DNA of 32,000 nucleotides from Erysipelotrichaceae bacterium (GTDB lineage Bacteria; Bacillota_I; Bacilli_A; Erysipelotrichales; Coprobacillaceae). The stretch is from assembly GCA_028698185.1 (NCBI GenBank), contig JAQVDW010000001.1:90001-122000 (forward strand), in the 5' to 3' direction. The notes beneath the pieces were generated by a model that was given only the letters and a program-made list of their open reading frames with translations, did no database searches and was not told the origin of the DNA. Position 1 is the stretch's first letter, and each line of letters starts with the position of its first letter. Position numbers and translations under genes: made by a program. Shown in pieces: positions 8,657-17,964 of the stretch.

Positions 8657-8900
8657 ATTTTTTCAATTCCTCGTAAATTTCCTCAGGAATTTCACACGAT
8701 AACGACTTGTTCAAACTTCTTCTTTTCTTTGCAAGCTCAATCGCTTCCAACGAGCGTTTCAGGTATGCTCCGCGGCCATTGAGTTTGCCGGTAGGGTCAA
8801 TCATGATTTCCCCTTCCTTGTTTTTGACAACTCTGATCAATTCTTTTTTTGGCAGTTGTTCATTGGTGGCAACACATTTTCTTAATGGTATCTTCCGCAT
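8643..8900 (-). CDS. rnpM: YlxR/RnpM (DUF448) RNA-binding protein
   Basis: 85 aa. IPLRKCVATNEQLPKKELIRVV...GRGAYL matches the family. AAGGAG lies upstream. It is located after nusA. Confidence 0.9.
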   Translation of the reverse strand: MRKIPLRKCVATNEQLPKKELIRVVKNKEGEIMIDPTGKLNGRGAYLKRSLEAIELAKKRRSLNKSLSCEIPEEIYEELKKYVNG

Positions 8901-8911
8901 TGAAATTCTCC

Positions 8912-10354
8912 TTAGTCGTAATATTCGTCATAAGCATCATAGTCAATATCTTCATCGTATTTGCTATCATACTCGTAACCGTCTTCTTTTTCTTCTTCTT
9001 CAGTTACCACAACGGCTTGCTTATCTTCAGTTCCCGCCCCAATCTCATCTTGGAAATCAGCCAGTTTTTTAAGTATTTCCGACTGTTCCTCATTGAGTTG
9101 CTTGCGTTTTTCAGGAGGTTTGCGCACCGCTTTGGCTTTTTCTGCCGCTTCATGGCTTGCAACCGTATCTTCATGCTCCTCAACCACTTTGGCAGGTTTT
9201 GGTTCAACAACCGGCTCAACTTTTTTGGTTTCAACAGCGTTCATCATCAGTTCTTTGAAATCCTCGAATGAAGCTTGAGGTTGTTCCTTTTGCTTTTGGG
9301 CGAAAAGGTTCATTTCGTTCGCTTCTGATAGTGACTTGATGTCGATTTTCCATCCCGTCAGGTGCACCGCCAGGCGGGCATTCTGACCTCTTTTACCGAT
9401 TGCCAAAGACAGCTGGTTGTCTGGGACAATGACAGTTGCCGAATGCTTTTCATCATCGAAAATAACGGATGTCACATCGCTTGGAGCCAGGGCGTTGGTG
9501 ATAAAAGTCACCGGATCTTCCGACCATTCAATGATGTCGATCATTTCTCCGCTTAGTTCGTCAACAACGTTTTTGACACGTGAACCTTTAGGCCCTACAC
9601 ATGAACCGACCGGATCGATGTTTTCGTCGCGTGAATAAACCGCAATTTTGGTTCTGTCACCAGGCTCGCGGGATACCGCCTTGATTTCCACCAGACCGTC
9701 GAAAACCTCAGGAACTTCAAGTTCGAACAACCTTTTAACGAAGTTCGGATCGGTACGGGAAACGATAAGGTGTGTTCCTTTTGTATCGCGGTCTACTTCC
9801 GCCACATAAACTTTTGTCTTGGTTCCTTCAACCAGCTCCTCATTAGGGATCTGGTTGGCTTTCGACAAAAAGGCACCGATTTTGCCAATCTGGATGATGG
9901 CGAACCGTGGTTCGACCCGTTCGACAGTTCCGGTAAGAATCTCGTCTTTTTTATCATGGAATTCTTCGTATAGAGCTTCTTTTTCGGTCTCCCTTATTTT
10001 TTGACGGAACAATTGCTTGGCTTGGTTTGCCGCCAACCGTGAAATAATCTCCACATCAATTTCAGTTTCGATTATATCGCCGACTTTGTAACTTGAATCA
10101 ATTTCATGAGCTTCATCAAGACTCATTTCGATATCTTCATCATCAAGGTTGTCGACAACTGTCCTAATCTCGAACAATCTGAATTGTCCGGTTTTTGGAT
10201 TGAGATCCACACGAACATTGGCTTCAGGGCTCAAATAGATTTTTTTGTATGATTTTTCAATAGATTCTTTGAGCATGTCCAAGAAGACATCCTGTTCAAT
10301 CCCTTTTTCTTCGCATAATGCATTCAATGCATTCATAAATTTCTTACTAGCCAT
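8912..10354 (-). CDS. nusA: Transcription termination/antitermination factor NusA with an acidic C-terminal extension of about 135 aa
   Basis: 480 aa with the NTD, S1 and KH1/KH2 core (...PVGSCVGPKGSRVKNVV..., ...AIGKRGQNARLAVHLTGWKIDIKS). This is followed by a Glu/Lys/Asp-rich tail ending YEYDSKYDEDIDYDAYDEYYD. Confidence 0.95.
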   Translation of the reverse strand: MASKKFMNALNALCEEKGIEQDVFLDMLKESIEKSYKKIYLSPEANVRVDLNPKTGQFRLFEIRTVVDNLDDEDIEMSLDEAHEIDSSYKVGDIIETEIDVEIISRLAANQAKQLFRQKIRETEKEALYEEFHDKKDEILTGTVERVEPRFAIIQIGKIGAFLSKANQIPNEELVEGTKTKVYVAEVDRDTKGTHLIVSRTDPNFVKRLFELEVPEVFDGLVEIKAVSREPGDRTKIAVYSRDENIDPVGSCVGPKGSRVKNVVDELSGEMIDIIEWSEDPVTFITNALAPSDVTSVIFDDEKHSATVIVPDNQLSLAIGKRGQNARLAVHLTGWKIDIKSLSEANEMNLFAQKQKEQPQASFEDFKELMMNAVETKKVEPVVEPKPAKVVEEHEDTVASHEAAEKAKAVRKPPEKRKQLNEEQSEILKKLADFQDEIGAGTEDKQAVVVTEEEEKEDGYEYDSKYDEDIDYDAYDEYYD

Positions 10355-10362
10355 GATTCCTC

Positions 10363-10833
10363 CTAAAATTTGATAGCTAAGCGAATAAACTTAATGTTGT
10401 CATAGTTTACAGTGCATTTCTTTTTGATATTTTTCAGACGGTACTCGATTTCGATGTTCTTAGATTCATCGGCATTCAAAATTGTACCCTCAACTTCATC
10501 CAATCCCTGGGTCGGGTTGTTGAACTTGGCGTAAACATAGCTTCCGACGTGTTTGACAACCGCATCAAAAGTTTTCAACGGTTTTTCCGCTCCGGGCGAT
10601 GAAACCTCAAGATAATACTCATCTTTGATCGGATCCTTTTCATCCATCAGTGCGGAGATTGCTTCGGATACTGTCACACAGGTATCCATATCCAAAGACC
10701 CCTCGTTCTTTTCGATATATATCCTCAAGAAAAAATCATTGCCTTCCTTGACATATTCGATGTCGTCTAGATAGACATCGTTGGCCATCAAAATCCCTTG
10801 AATCATTTCTTTTATATTATCAAGCAAATTCAT
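10363..10833 (-). CDS. rimP: Ribosome maturation factor RimP
   Basis: The start was moved to the ATG at 10833 (MNLLDNIKEM), preceded by AGAGGTGA. The ORF-track start is a TTG lying inside that SD. YLEVSSPGAEKPL is the conserved RimP motif. Confidence 0.9.
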   Translation of the reverse strand: MNLLDNIKEMIQGILMANDVYLDDIEYVKEGNDFFLRIYIEKNEGSLDMDTCVTVSEAISALMDEKDPIKDEYYLEVSSPGAEKPLKTFDAVVKHVGSYVYAKFNNPTQGLDEVEGTILNADESKNIEIEYRLKNIKKKCTVNYDNIKFIRLAIKF

Positions 10834-10850
10834 AAAATCACCTCTTTCCA

Positions 10851-10876
10851 ATAATAAAGAGTGGGTTTCCCCACTC
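10851..10876 (-). terminator. Hairpin plus interrupted U-tract in the rimP-nusA leader (polC terminator and/or NusA-type attenuator)
   Basis: On the minus strand: GAGTGGG-GAAA-CCCACTC followed by TTTATTATT. It ends 17 nt upstream of the rimP ATG and lies downstream of the candidate promoter at 10899..10927. Confidence 0.6.
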
Positions 10877-10898
10877 GTTACGTCATATTTATAAAATT

Positions 10899-10927
10899 AT
10901 TGTAACACATACATTTGATTGATGCAA
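10899..10927 (-). promoter_or_regulatory. Candidate sigma-A promoter of rimP-nusA-infB operon
   Basis: On the minus strand: TTGCAT (10927..10922), a 17-nt spacer ending in TGT, then TACAAT (10904..10899). Confidence 0.55.
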
Positions 10928-10935
10928 CTATAATG

Positions 10936-13900
10936 TTAAAATAAACTCATTTGATTTTTTTCTTGCAGATCCTTAAATACACCCATGTTTTCGAGTGTTT
11001 TTACATGCGAATTGTTCAATTTAGTCCGTCTGATTACATCTTCTTTGGAAATGAACGGTTTAATTTCACGCGCCTCGACCACGGTGTTGGCCACGTTCGC
11101 TCCAAGAGCGTCGACCGCCGCAAATGGCGGAACCAGTCCTTTTGGATCGACGGGATCGAGAATGAACTTGTCACTTGATGAATACTCAAGGCTGATCGGG
11201 CTGAAATGGAAACCGCGTTCGATCATTTCAAGGGCAATCTCGAACATGTCGGAAAGCCCGATTTCCTTGTTGCTGGCCTGATTGGTCGACTTGAGTTCAT
11301 TTAATTCCTTGTAGCGTTTGATGATGGCTTCCTTGCCGCGGATCAATGTGTCCACCTCGAAGAAATCGCATCTGGTCGAAAAGTAAACCGCGTAATATTC
11401 CCTAGGATAATATACTTTCCACCAAGCCACCCGGATCGCCGAAAGGACATATGCCACGGCATGGGCTTTTGGGAACATGTATTTGATCTTTTTGCAGGAA
11501 TCGATGTACCACTGGGGCACATTGTGTTCGCGCATCAGTTCCTCGTACTTCTTCTCCGGGAACACACCAGGAGCTTTCCCCTTACGGACGCATTCCATGA
11601 TGTCAAACGCATCCTTATTTGGAAGCTTCTTGTCGATAAGATAAGTCATAATATCGTCACGACAACCGATAACTTCCGAAAGCGTGCAGGTCCCGTCCTT
11701 GATCAGCTTTTCCGCATTGCCAAGATAGACATCGGTCCCATGGGACAATCCGGATATGATGACCAGGTCATTGAATGATTTAGGCCGGGTTTGCTTGAGC
11801 ATGCCCCGGACAAAGGTTGTTCCAAATTCGGGCAGACCCAATACGCCTAAAGAGACGTTGATGTATGATAAATCGATGCCCAGGCTTTTGGTGCTCGTGA
11901 AAAGCTCCATGACCTTCTGGTCGTTGGTCGGAATCGATTTCGGGTCGATTTTGGTCAGATCCTGCAGGGCCCTGATCACGGTAGGATCGACGTGGCCTAA
12001 AATATCCAGCTTCAACACATTGTCATGGATCGCATGGAAATCGAAGTGGGTCGTCCTCCAGGCCGCACTGATATCGTCGGCCGGGTACTGGATTGGAGTG
12101 AAGTCATAGACATCCATGTAGTTGGGAATAACGATAATCCCACCCGGATGCTGTCCTGTTGTCCTCTTGACCCCCTCACAACCAGAGGCGATCCGTTCGA
12201 GTTCGACCGAACGGATCTGGTCTTCTTTGCCTAGCAGTTCGGCGTAGCCTTTGGCATACCCATAGGCTGTTTTGGAAGCGACCGTGGAAATCGTCCCGGC
12301 TCGAAACACGTTGTCGACCCCGAAGATAACCTTGGTGAATTCATGGGCCTGGGGCTGATAGTCGCCGGAGAAGTTCAAATCGATATCCGGTACCTTGTCC
12401 GCATTGAATCCCAGGAAGGTCTCGAAGGGAATATTGTGGCCATCGCCTTTTAGCTGGTGGTTGCATTTGGGACATTGCTTGTCTGGCAAATCATATCCCG
12501 ATGCGACACTGCTGTCCTCGATGAATTCGCTGTATCGGCAATTTGGACAGACATAATGGGGCGGAAGCGGATTGACCTCGGTGATGTTCGACATCGTAGC
12601 GACGAAAGACGATCCTACCGATCCACGTGATCCTACAAGATAGCCATCGTCATTGGATTTTTTTACCAGAAGGTGGGAAATGTAATAGATGACCCCGAAG
12701 CCGTGCTTGATAATGTTGTTGAGTTCCTTTTCAAGGCGGCTTTGGACGATTTCCGGCAGAATTTCACCATATGTCTGATGGGCTGTCTCATAACAGATTT
12801 TTTTGAGATTCTCATCGGCACCTTCAATTTTAGGTGTGAAAAGCTTATCATGAACCGGTTTGATTACCTCGACCATGTCAGCGATGGCGTTGGTATTTTC
12901 AACGACCATCTCGTAAGCCAGCTCTTCGCCCAGCCATTTGAAAGATTCAAGCATCTCTTCGGTGGTTCGAAGCATCTGGTTTGGTGTCCAGGCATCGGGC
13001 CGTTTGCGCGCGCAAAGGTAATGGGCCCGGTGGTTCAAGCCGATAGTCGGGTTTGCGATAAAGACATCACGATATATTTTGTCTTTGGCGTCGAGGAAAT
13101 GGACATCACCTGAAGCCACAACAATCTTCTTGAGTTTTTTTGCCATTTTGATGATCCGCAAAATCGACACTTTCAAATCATCCTGTGACCCGATTTTGCC
13201 TCGGTCGACCAGATGATAATAATCCTCAAGCGGATTTATCTCGATGTAGTCGTAGAAACTCATAATTTTTTCCAATTTTTTGTCCGAGCTGTTCAAGCCG
13301 GCTTCAAAAAGTTCGGAGTTGAACGGCCCTGAACCGAAAATCATCCCCTCGCGGTAATGTTCCAGCCGATCCTGAGGAATTTTTGCATTCTGGTCGAGAT
13401 AAATGGTGTTCGATTCGCTGATTGCCTTGAACATGTTTTTAAGTCCGGTAGCGTTCAGGGCGATGGCACTCATCGGGTAGGAAAAGACCAGCTTGTGGAT
13501 ATTCGTCACTTCAAGATTGGCCAGGTCCCCTAGCTGGTAGCGACCACTTTGCATGAACTGGTGGAGTATCACATTCAACAAATTGGCGAGTACTTCGGCA
13601 TCGTAGTCGGCACGATGGGCCACCCCGTCATCATATGATATGCGGAAAACCCGACAACATTGCCCCAAACGATACGATTTCATCGGCTTCAGGAATCCCT
13701 TGCACAAGGCCAAAGTGTCGATAATCGGATTTTCAATCTCATCATGGCCGTTGGCTAGAAAAACCTCGTTCAAAAACCCGATATCGAATTGGGCATTGTG
13801 GGCCACCAGGATCGAATCCTTGAAGAATTCCTTGATCTGCTCGATCCGGTCCTTGATTGGCGGTTCATTCTGGACCATGGCATTGGTGATGCTTGTCAAT

Positions 13901-15237
13901 TTTGAGATATAGTCCGGAATCGGTTTTTCGGGATTGACAAAGAATTGCAACCGGTCGACAACCTCACCGTTTTTTATTTTTACAGCACCAAATTCGGTTA
14001 TGCCATCATGGATGACGGAAAGTCCGGTGGTCTCCAAGTCGAAACACACATAGGTGGCATCCTCAATTGACATTTCCCGGAAATTGTAAACGATATTGAA
14101 TTCGGAATCGATCTTATTGAACTCGACCCCATAGAGGATTTTTATTTTGCCTCCGGCGCTGCTCTGGCATTCGGGAAATGCCTGGACATTGGCACGGTCG
14201 GTGATTGCGATGGCCGGGTGGCCCCATTCGATTGCCCGGTTTATATAGTCTTTCGCGTTGGAAATCCCGTCCATTGCCGACATTTTCGAATGGACTGAAA
14301 GTTCAACCCTTTTTACCGGCGCATTGTCCTGGCGTGTTGGTGGTCCCTTGATTATCTCGACGTCCTTGGCAAAAACGATTGTCTCTTTGGCAAAATCATC
14401 ATAGCGAAGCTCGCCACAGACCCGAACCCAGACTTTGCCTTTGGAAAGGACTTTTATCGACTCGCTGTTTGTCTTGTTCTCGAAGCGTTTGACAAGGATT
14501 GATGACGTGTAGTCGGTCACTTTCAAGGTCTGGATTTTCGTCTTTTTGCGCGTCTGTATTTCCTCCACGCCAAAAACATAACCCTCGATCATGATATTGG
14601 GCTCCATCGTACCAGCGTGAATCTCGTCAATCTGGTATTTGATGGCTGATTTGGCCGAGTAGTTGAAATAGCTTTTCTTGACCGGCACTTCGGTCTTTTG
14701 CACTGTTGGGGTAATGACCGCTGTGGCTTCGACCGGGGATGTCATCTCCTTGATCAACTCCTGGTATTTGGGATCCTTTTCATCAAGGACGAATTCGACT
14801 TGAGTCATTATTCCGGCCGCCTTGATCAGGTTTTTAAGGTAGATTCCGACCTCATTTGACTGGGCGAGAATCAGTTCATTGAACAGTTTGATTCTGATCT
14901 TTTCATCAATCTGGATGTTTTTAAGATTGATGCTGGAAAAGGAAGGATACTTTCTGGCGAAATCATTGATGAAATAGCCAAGATATAGCTCGAGATTGTG
15001 TTTGTCGTATTCGGACTGGTCGTATTCGAATTCGAACTCGATTGGATATGGAAAGTTTTCCTTATGTGAATTCAAAACATAATATTCATCAAAGGGCAGC
15101 AAGCTGGAATGGTTGATGAAGAAACGGTAATTGTTTTGGGTGTCGACATTCACTCTTGTCAGACTGGCGTGATGAAGCTGGTCGACTTTTCCCTCGATTT
15201 TCAACTGCTCCAGTAATATTGTGATTTTGTCTTTCAT
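10936..15237 (-). CDS. polC: DNA polymerase III alpha subunit, PolC type (with internal 3'-5' exonuclease)
   Basis: 1433 aa. Exo motifs are present (FDLETTGLS...HNAQFDIGFL...HRADYDA), as are the PHP and polymerase core and the Zn-module CPNC...CPKC. Confidence 0.98.
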   Translation of the reverse strand: MKDKITILLEQLKIEGKVDQLHHASLTRVNVDTQNNYRFFINHSSLLPFDEYYVLNSHKENFPYPIEFEFEYDQSEYDKHNLELYLGYFINDFARKYPSFSSINLKNIQIDEKIRIKLFNELILAQSNEVGIYLKNLIKAAGIMTQVEFVLDEKDPKYQELIKEMTSPVEATAVITPTVQKTEVPVKKSYFNYSAKSAIKYQIDEIHAGTMEPNIMIEGYVFGVEEIQTRKKTKIQTLKVTDYTSSILVKRFENKTNSESIKVLSKGKVWVRVCGELRYDDFAKETIVFAKDVEIIKGPPTRQDNAPVKRVELSVHSKMSAMDGISNAKDYINRAIEWGHPAIAITDRANVQAFPECQSSAGGKIKILYGVEFNKIDSEFNIVYNFREMSIEDATYVCFDLETTGLSVIHDGITEFGAVKIKNGEVVDRLQFFVNPEKPIPDYISKLTSITNAMVQNEPPIKDRIEQIKEFFKDSILVAHNAQFDIGFLNEVFLANGHDEIENPIIDTLALCKGFLKPMKSYRLGQCCRVFRISYDDGVAHRADYDAEVLANLLNVILHQFMQSGRYQLGDLANLEVTNIHKLVFSYPMSAIALNATGLKNMFKAISESNTIYLDQNAKIPQDRLEHYREGMIFGSGPFNSELFEAGLNSSDKKLEKIMSFYDYIEINPLEDYYHLVDRGKIGSQDDLKVSILRIIKMAKKLKKIVVASGDVHFLDAKDKIYRDVFIANPTIGLNHRAHYLCARKRPDAWTPNQMLRTTEEMLESFKWLGEELAYEMVVENTNAIADMVEVIKPVHDKLFTPKIEGADENLKKICYETAHQTYGEILPEIVQSRLEKELNNIIKHGFGVIYYISHLLVKKSNDDGYLVGSRGSVGSSFVATMSNITEVNPLPPHYVCPNCRYSEFIEDSSVASGYDLPDKQCPKCNHQLKGDGHNIPFETFLGFNADKVPDIDLNFSGDYQPQAHEFTKVIFGVDNVFRAGTISTVASKTAYGYAKGYAELLGKEDQIRSVELERIASGCEGVKRTTGQHPGGIIVIPNYMDVYDFTPIQYPADDISAAWRTTHFDFHAIHDNVLKLDILGHVDPTVIRALQDLTKIDPKSIPTNDQKVMELFTSTKSLGIDLSYINVSLGVLGLPEFGTTFVRGMLKQTRPKSFNDLVIISGLSHGTDVYLGNAEKLIKDGTCTLSEVIGCRDDIMTYLIDKKLPNKDAFDIMECVRKGKAPGVFPEKKYEELMREHNVPQWYIDSCKKIKYMFPKAHAVAYVLSAIRVAWWKVYYPREYYAVYFSTRCDFFEVDTLIRGKEAIIKRYKELNELKSTNQASNKEIGLSDMFEIALEMIERGFHFSPISLEYSSSDKFILDPVDPKGLVPPFAAVDALGANVANTVVEAREIKPFISKEDVIRRTKLNNSHVKTLENMGVFKDLQEKNQMSLF

Positions 15238-15250
15238 TGCTTCCTCCTAG

Positions 15251-15273
15251 AAAAAAAAGGGTAAGGACCCTTT
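15251..15273 (-). terminator. Terminator-like hairpin between rseP and polC
   Basis: On the minus strand: AAAGGGT-CCTT-ACCCTTT followed by TTTTTTCT. It starts within the rseP TAA and ends about 13 nt before the polC ATG, abutting the polC SD. Confidence 0.65.
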
Positions 15274-16348
15274 ATTTGAATATTTTTGTAATATCGTTGA
15301 CTGTGATCAAGATCATCAGTCCAAATACCAACGCCAGTCCCGCCAATTGCAAGGCATAGCGGATATTTACCGGAATTTCCCGCCCGAGCGCTTTTTCAAT
15401 CAAGGCGAAAATAACCTGTGAACCATCCAGTCCGGGAATCGGCAAGAGATTGAAAATACCTATATTGGCAGAAAGCATCGCAACTACCATCGCCAGCTGG
15501 GCAGCCCCCTGGTCACGAACCTGTGATGTGATATTGAAAATGCCAACCGGTCCGGATACCTGGGAAATTGTCTGCGAGTCACCGGTAACCAGTTTGCCTA
15601 AAGTTCCCAGTACGCTAAGCGACACATAACCCAGGCTTTTCGCGGAGCTGCGAAAAGCCTGATCAAACGACAATCGCACTGTGCTCGCCTCAATGCCTAG
15701 CTGATATGCCATTATTTCTTCGTTGTACTTAGCTTCAACAACGGTGTTGGCAATCTGGCCATCACTTGCATATTCGACATACACAGGCAAGGTGTTGACA
15801 CCGGTATAATCAAATGATTGGAGGAAACCGACGAGCTGAGTGTAGGTTTCCGGAGCGATTGATTGGTCGAGGATCTCGATAGTAGTAATCTTGTCACCCG
15901 CTTCAAGACCGGCCAGTTGGGCCGGAGAGTTTTCGACCACAGCTCCGATGACCGGCAAGTCGACAGTCACCGGCTGGAGCGAATACACGGTTAAAATGAT
16001 GGCGAAGGCCATCAAAAAATTCATGAACACACCCGCAAGCATCACGATCACTTTTTGATAGGTCTTGATGTTCTTTAGTGACCGGTTGGGATCGACTCCA
16101 GAAAAAACATCGTTTTGTTCCTGGTCGGCTTCGCCGTACATGGCCACAAATCCTCCTACAGGCAGGGCCCGCAAAGAGTATTCGGTCTCCTTGCCCTTCT
16201 TGGAAAAAATCTTAGGTCCCATGCCCAGGGCAAATTCCGCGCAGTAAACCCCGAAAGATTTGGCAGCTACAAAATGACCCAGTTCATGGATGAAGATGAT
16301 TGATCCCAAGACGAGGATGAAGACGATAATATCAATAATTGAATCCAT
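15272..16348 (-). CDS. rseP: RIP zinc metalloprotease RseP/RasP (M50 family, single PDZ)
   Basis: 358 aa with HELGHF in the first TM segment, a PDZ region (...PAQLAGLEAGDKI...) and the C-terminal NLLPIPGLDG motif. Confidence 0.93.
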   Translation of the reverse strand: MDSIIDIIVFILVLGSIIFIHELGHFVAAKSFGVYCAEFALGMGPKIFSKKGKETEYSLRALPVGGFVAMYGEADQEQNDVFSGVDPNRSLKNIKTYQKVIVMLAGVFMNFLMAFAIILTVYSLQPVTVDLPVIGAVVENSPAQLAGLEAGDKITTIEILDQSIAPETYTQLVGFLQSFDYTGVNTLPVYVEYASDGQIANTVVEAKYNEEIMAYQLGIEASTVRLSFDQAFRSSAKSLGYVSLSVLGTLGKLVTGDSQTISQVSGPVGIFNITSQVRDQGAAQLAMVVAMLSANIGIFNLLPIPGLDGSQVIFALIEKALGREIPVNIRYALQLAGLALVFGLMILITVNDITKIFK

Positions 16349-16357
16349 ATTTGCTCC

Positions 16358-17137
16358 TTATTTTATACCCCACATGATCAGCCCTAATACAATCGAATTC
16401 AAAAGCATCGAATCGATCCGGTCGAGCACCCCCCCATGGCCTGGCAGAAGGTTTGAGAAATCCTTGGCGTTGAAAGTTCTTTTTATTACCGAGAAAGTCA
16501 GATCGCCGATCTGGCTGGTTATTGTCAAAAGGACGCAGGCCAGGACCAAGGACAGGTTGCTTGACAGAATCCCGGTATAAAGCCCGTAGCTTATCGACAG
16601 CAGACTGCCTAGCAGAATTCCACCGATCGATCCCTCGATTGTCTTTTTCGGTGAAATCCGGGGAATCAGCTTGTTTTTACCGAATTTGATACCTGCAAAA
16701 TAAGCTCCGGTATCGCATCCGAAAGTTGCCAGAACGAGCAGCATCACATATTCGAGACCCAGATCCATCCGGATATGGTAGAAATAATGCAGCCCCGAAA
16801 AGATCAGCACCCCCGCAAAAAACAGGTAACTTATCCGTCCCAGATCAAGCGTGTCGTCAAACATCGCAGCCACCAGCAGTTCGATCAACAAAATCAAGAA
16901 GAAAGAAGTCGAAATAACCAGCCGGTTGGCATAGAAGTAGAACCCTAGGCCCAAAAAAACCATTACCAGAGGGTAAAGATAGAATTTGAATCTTGGTCTT
17001 GTCGCTATATGGACCATTTCATAGCCCGAAAAAATGACAATCGCCAGGATCAGAAGGTTGAAAAACGTGCCCCCGACAAAAAGCGCCGGCAATGCCACCG
17101 CACCGATGAGCAGTCCTGTAATAATTCTGGTTCTCAC
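16358..17137 (-). CDS. cdsA: Phosphatidate cytidylyltransferase
   Basis: 259 aa polytopic membrane protein. The CTP-transferase signature is SxIKRxxxxKDxxxxxPGHGGxxDRxD (SVIKRTFNAKDFSNLLPGHGGVLDRID). The GTG start overlaps the uppS TAG, with GGAGGG upstream. Confidence 0.93.
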   Translation of the reverse strand: MRTRIITGLLIGAVALPALFVGGTFFNLLILAIVIFSGYEMVHIATRPRFKFYLYPLVMVFLGLGFYFYANRLVISTSFFLILLIELLVAAMFDDTLDLGRISYLFFAGVLIFSGLHYFYHIRMDLGLEYVMLLVLATFGCDTGAYFAGIKFGKNKLIPRISPKKTIEGSIGGILLGSLLSISYGLYTGILSSNLSLVLACVLLTITSQIGDLTFSVIKRTFNAKDFSNLLPGHGGVLDRIDSMLLNSIVLGLIMWGIK

Positions 17138-17883
17138 TATTTAAGCCCTCCAAAACGGCGGTCCCGCGATTGATATTCCAACAGGCATTCGTGGAGTTTC
17201 TGTTCATCGAAATCGGGCCAGAAAGTTTCAGTGAAGATGAACTCCGCGTATGCCAACTGCCACAACAGGAAGTTGGAAAGCCGCTGTTCACCCGACGTCC
17301 GGATCATAAGATCGCAATCGGGCAGATCTTTGGTCATCAGATAATTTGAAAACATTTTCTCGTCAAGTTCCTCAAGAACGATCTTTCCGGCCTTGAAGTC
17401 CCGGGCGACGTTCTTGGTAGCTTCAAGAATCTCGTCCTGCCCCCCGTAAATAAAGGCAAAACAAAGGATCAGCCCGGTGTTGTTCTGGGTCTTGGCCATG
17501 GCATTGCCGATGACTTCCTGAGTCCTTTTAGGCGCCTTTTCAAGATGTCCGATGACTGTGATCTTGACATTGTTTTTGTGGAGCTCCTCGAAATAGAGGT
17601 TGAAAAACTCCTCAGGCAGCTTGAAAATGAAGTTTACCTCGCTTTCAGGCCGGGCAAAATTCTCGGTTGAAAATGCGTAGACCGTCATCGCCTTCACGCC
17701 CAGCCGGTTGCATTCCAGGGCAATCTTGCGGATTGTCTTGGTCCCTTCTTGATGTCCGAACGTCCTAGGCCGGTTGCGGCTTTTGGCCCAGCGGCCATTG
17801 CCATCCATAATGAAAGCAATATGCTCGGGTATCTTTTGTAATTTTATATTTGTGTCTTCTTTTTTAGCTTTTTTAAAAAACAT
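17137..17883 (-). CDS. uppS: Undecaprenyl-diphosphate synthase (cis-isoprenyl transferase)
   Basis: HIAFIMDGNGRWA...FSTENFARP...RTSGEQRLSNFLLWQ match the family. The start was moved to the ATG at 17883, preceded by GAGGTGGA. Confidence 0.93.
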   Translation of the reverse strand: MFFKKAKKEDTNIKLQKIPEHIAFIMDGNGRWAKSRNRPRTFGHQEGTKTIRKIALECNRLGVKAMTVYAFSTENFARPESEVNFIFKLPEEFFNLYFEELHKNNVKITVIGHLEKAPKRTQEVIGNAMAKTQNNTGLILCFAFIYGGQDEILEATKNVARDFKAGKIVLEELDEKMFSNYLMTKDLPDCDLMIRTSGEQRLSNFLLWQLAYAEFIFTETFWPDFDEQKLHECLLEYQSRDRRFGGLK

Positions 17884-17904
17884 CTTATCCACCTCGCTCA
17901 TGAC

Positions 17905-17933
17905 ATTTTATCACATTTGGCCATCAAAATAAA
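17905..17933 (-). promoter_or_regulatory. Candidate extended -10 promoter for uppS-cdsA-rseP
   Basis: The minus strand reads TGATAAAAT (TG-a-TAAAAT, 17913..17905). The -35 is weak (TTTATT, 17 nt upstream). Confidence 0.35.
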
Positions 17934-17960
17934 TAAAAAACTGCCCGACTTGGGGGCAGT
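17930..17960 (-). terminator. Rho-independent terminator after frr
   Basis: On the minus strand: ACTGCCC-CCAAGTC-GGGCAGT followed by TTTTTTATTTATTTT, 4 nt after the frr stop. Confidence 0.8.
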
Positions 17961-17964
17961 GATA

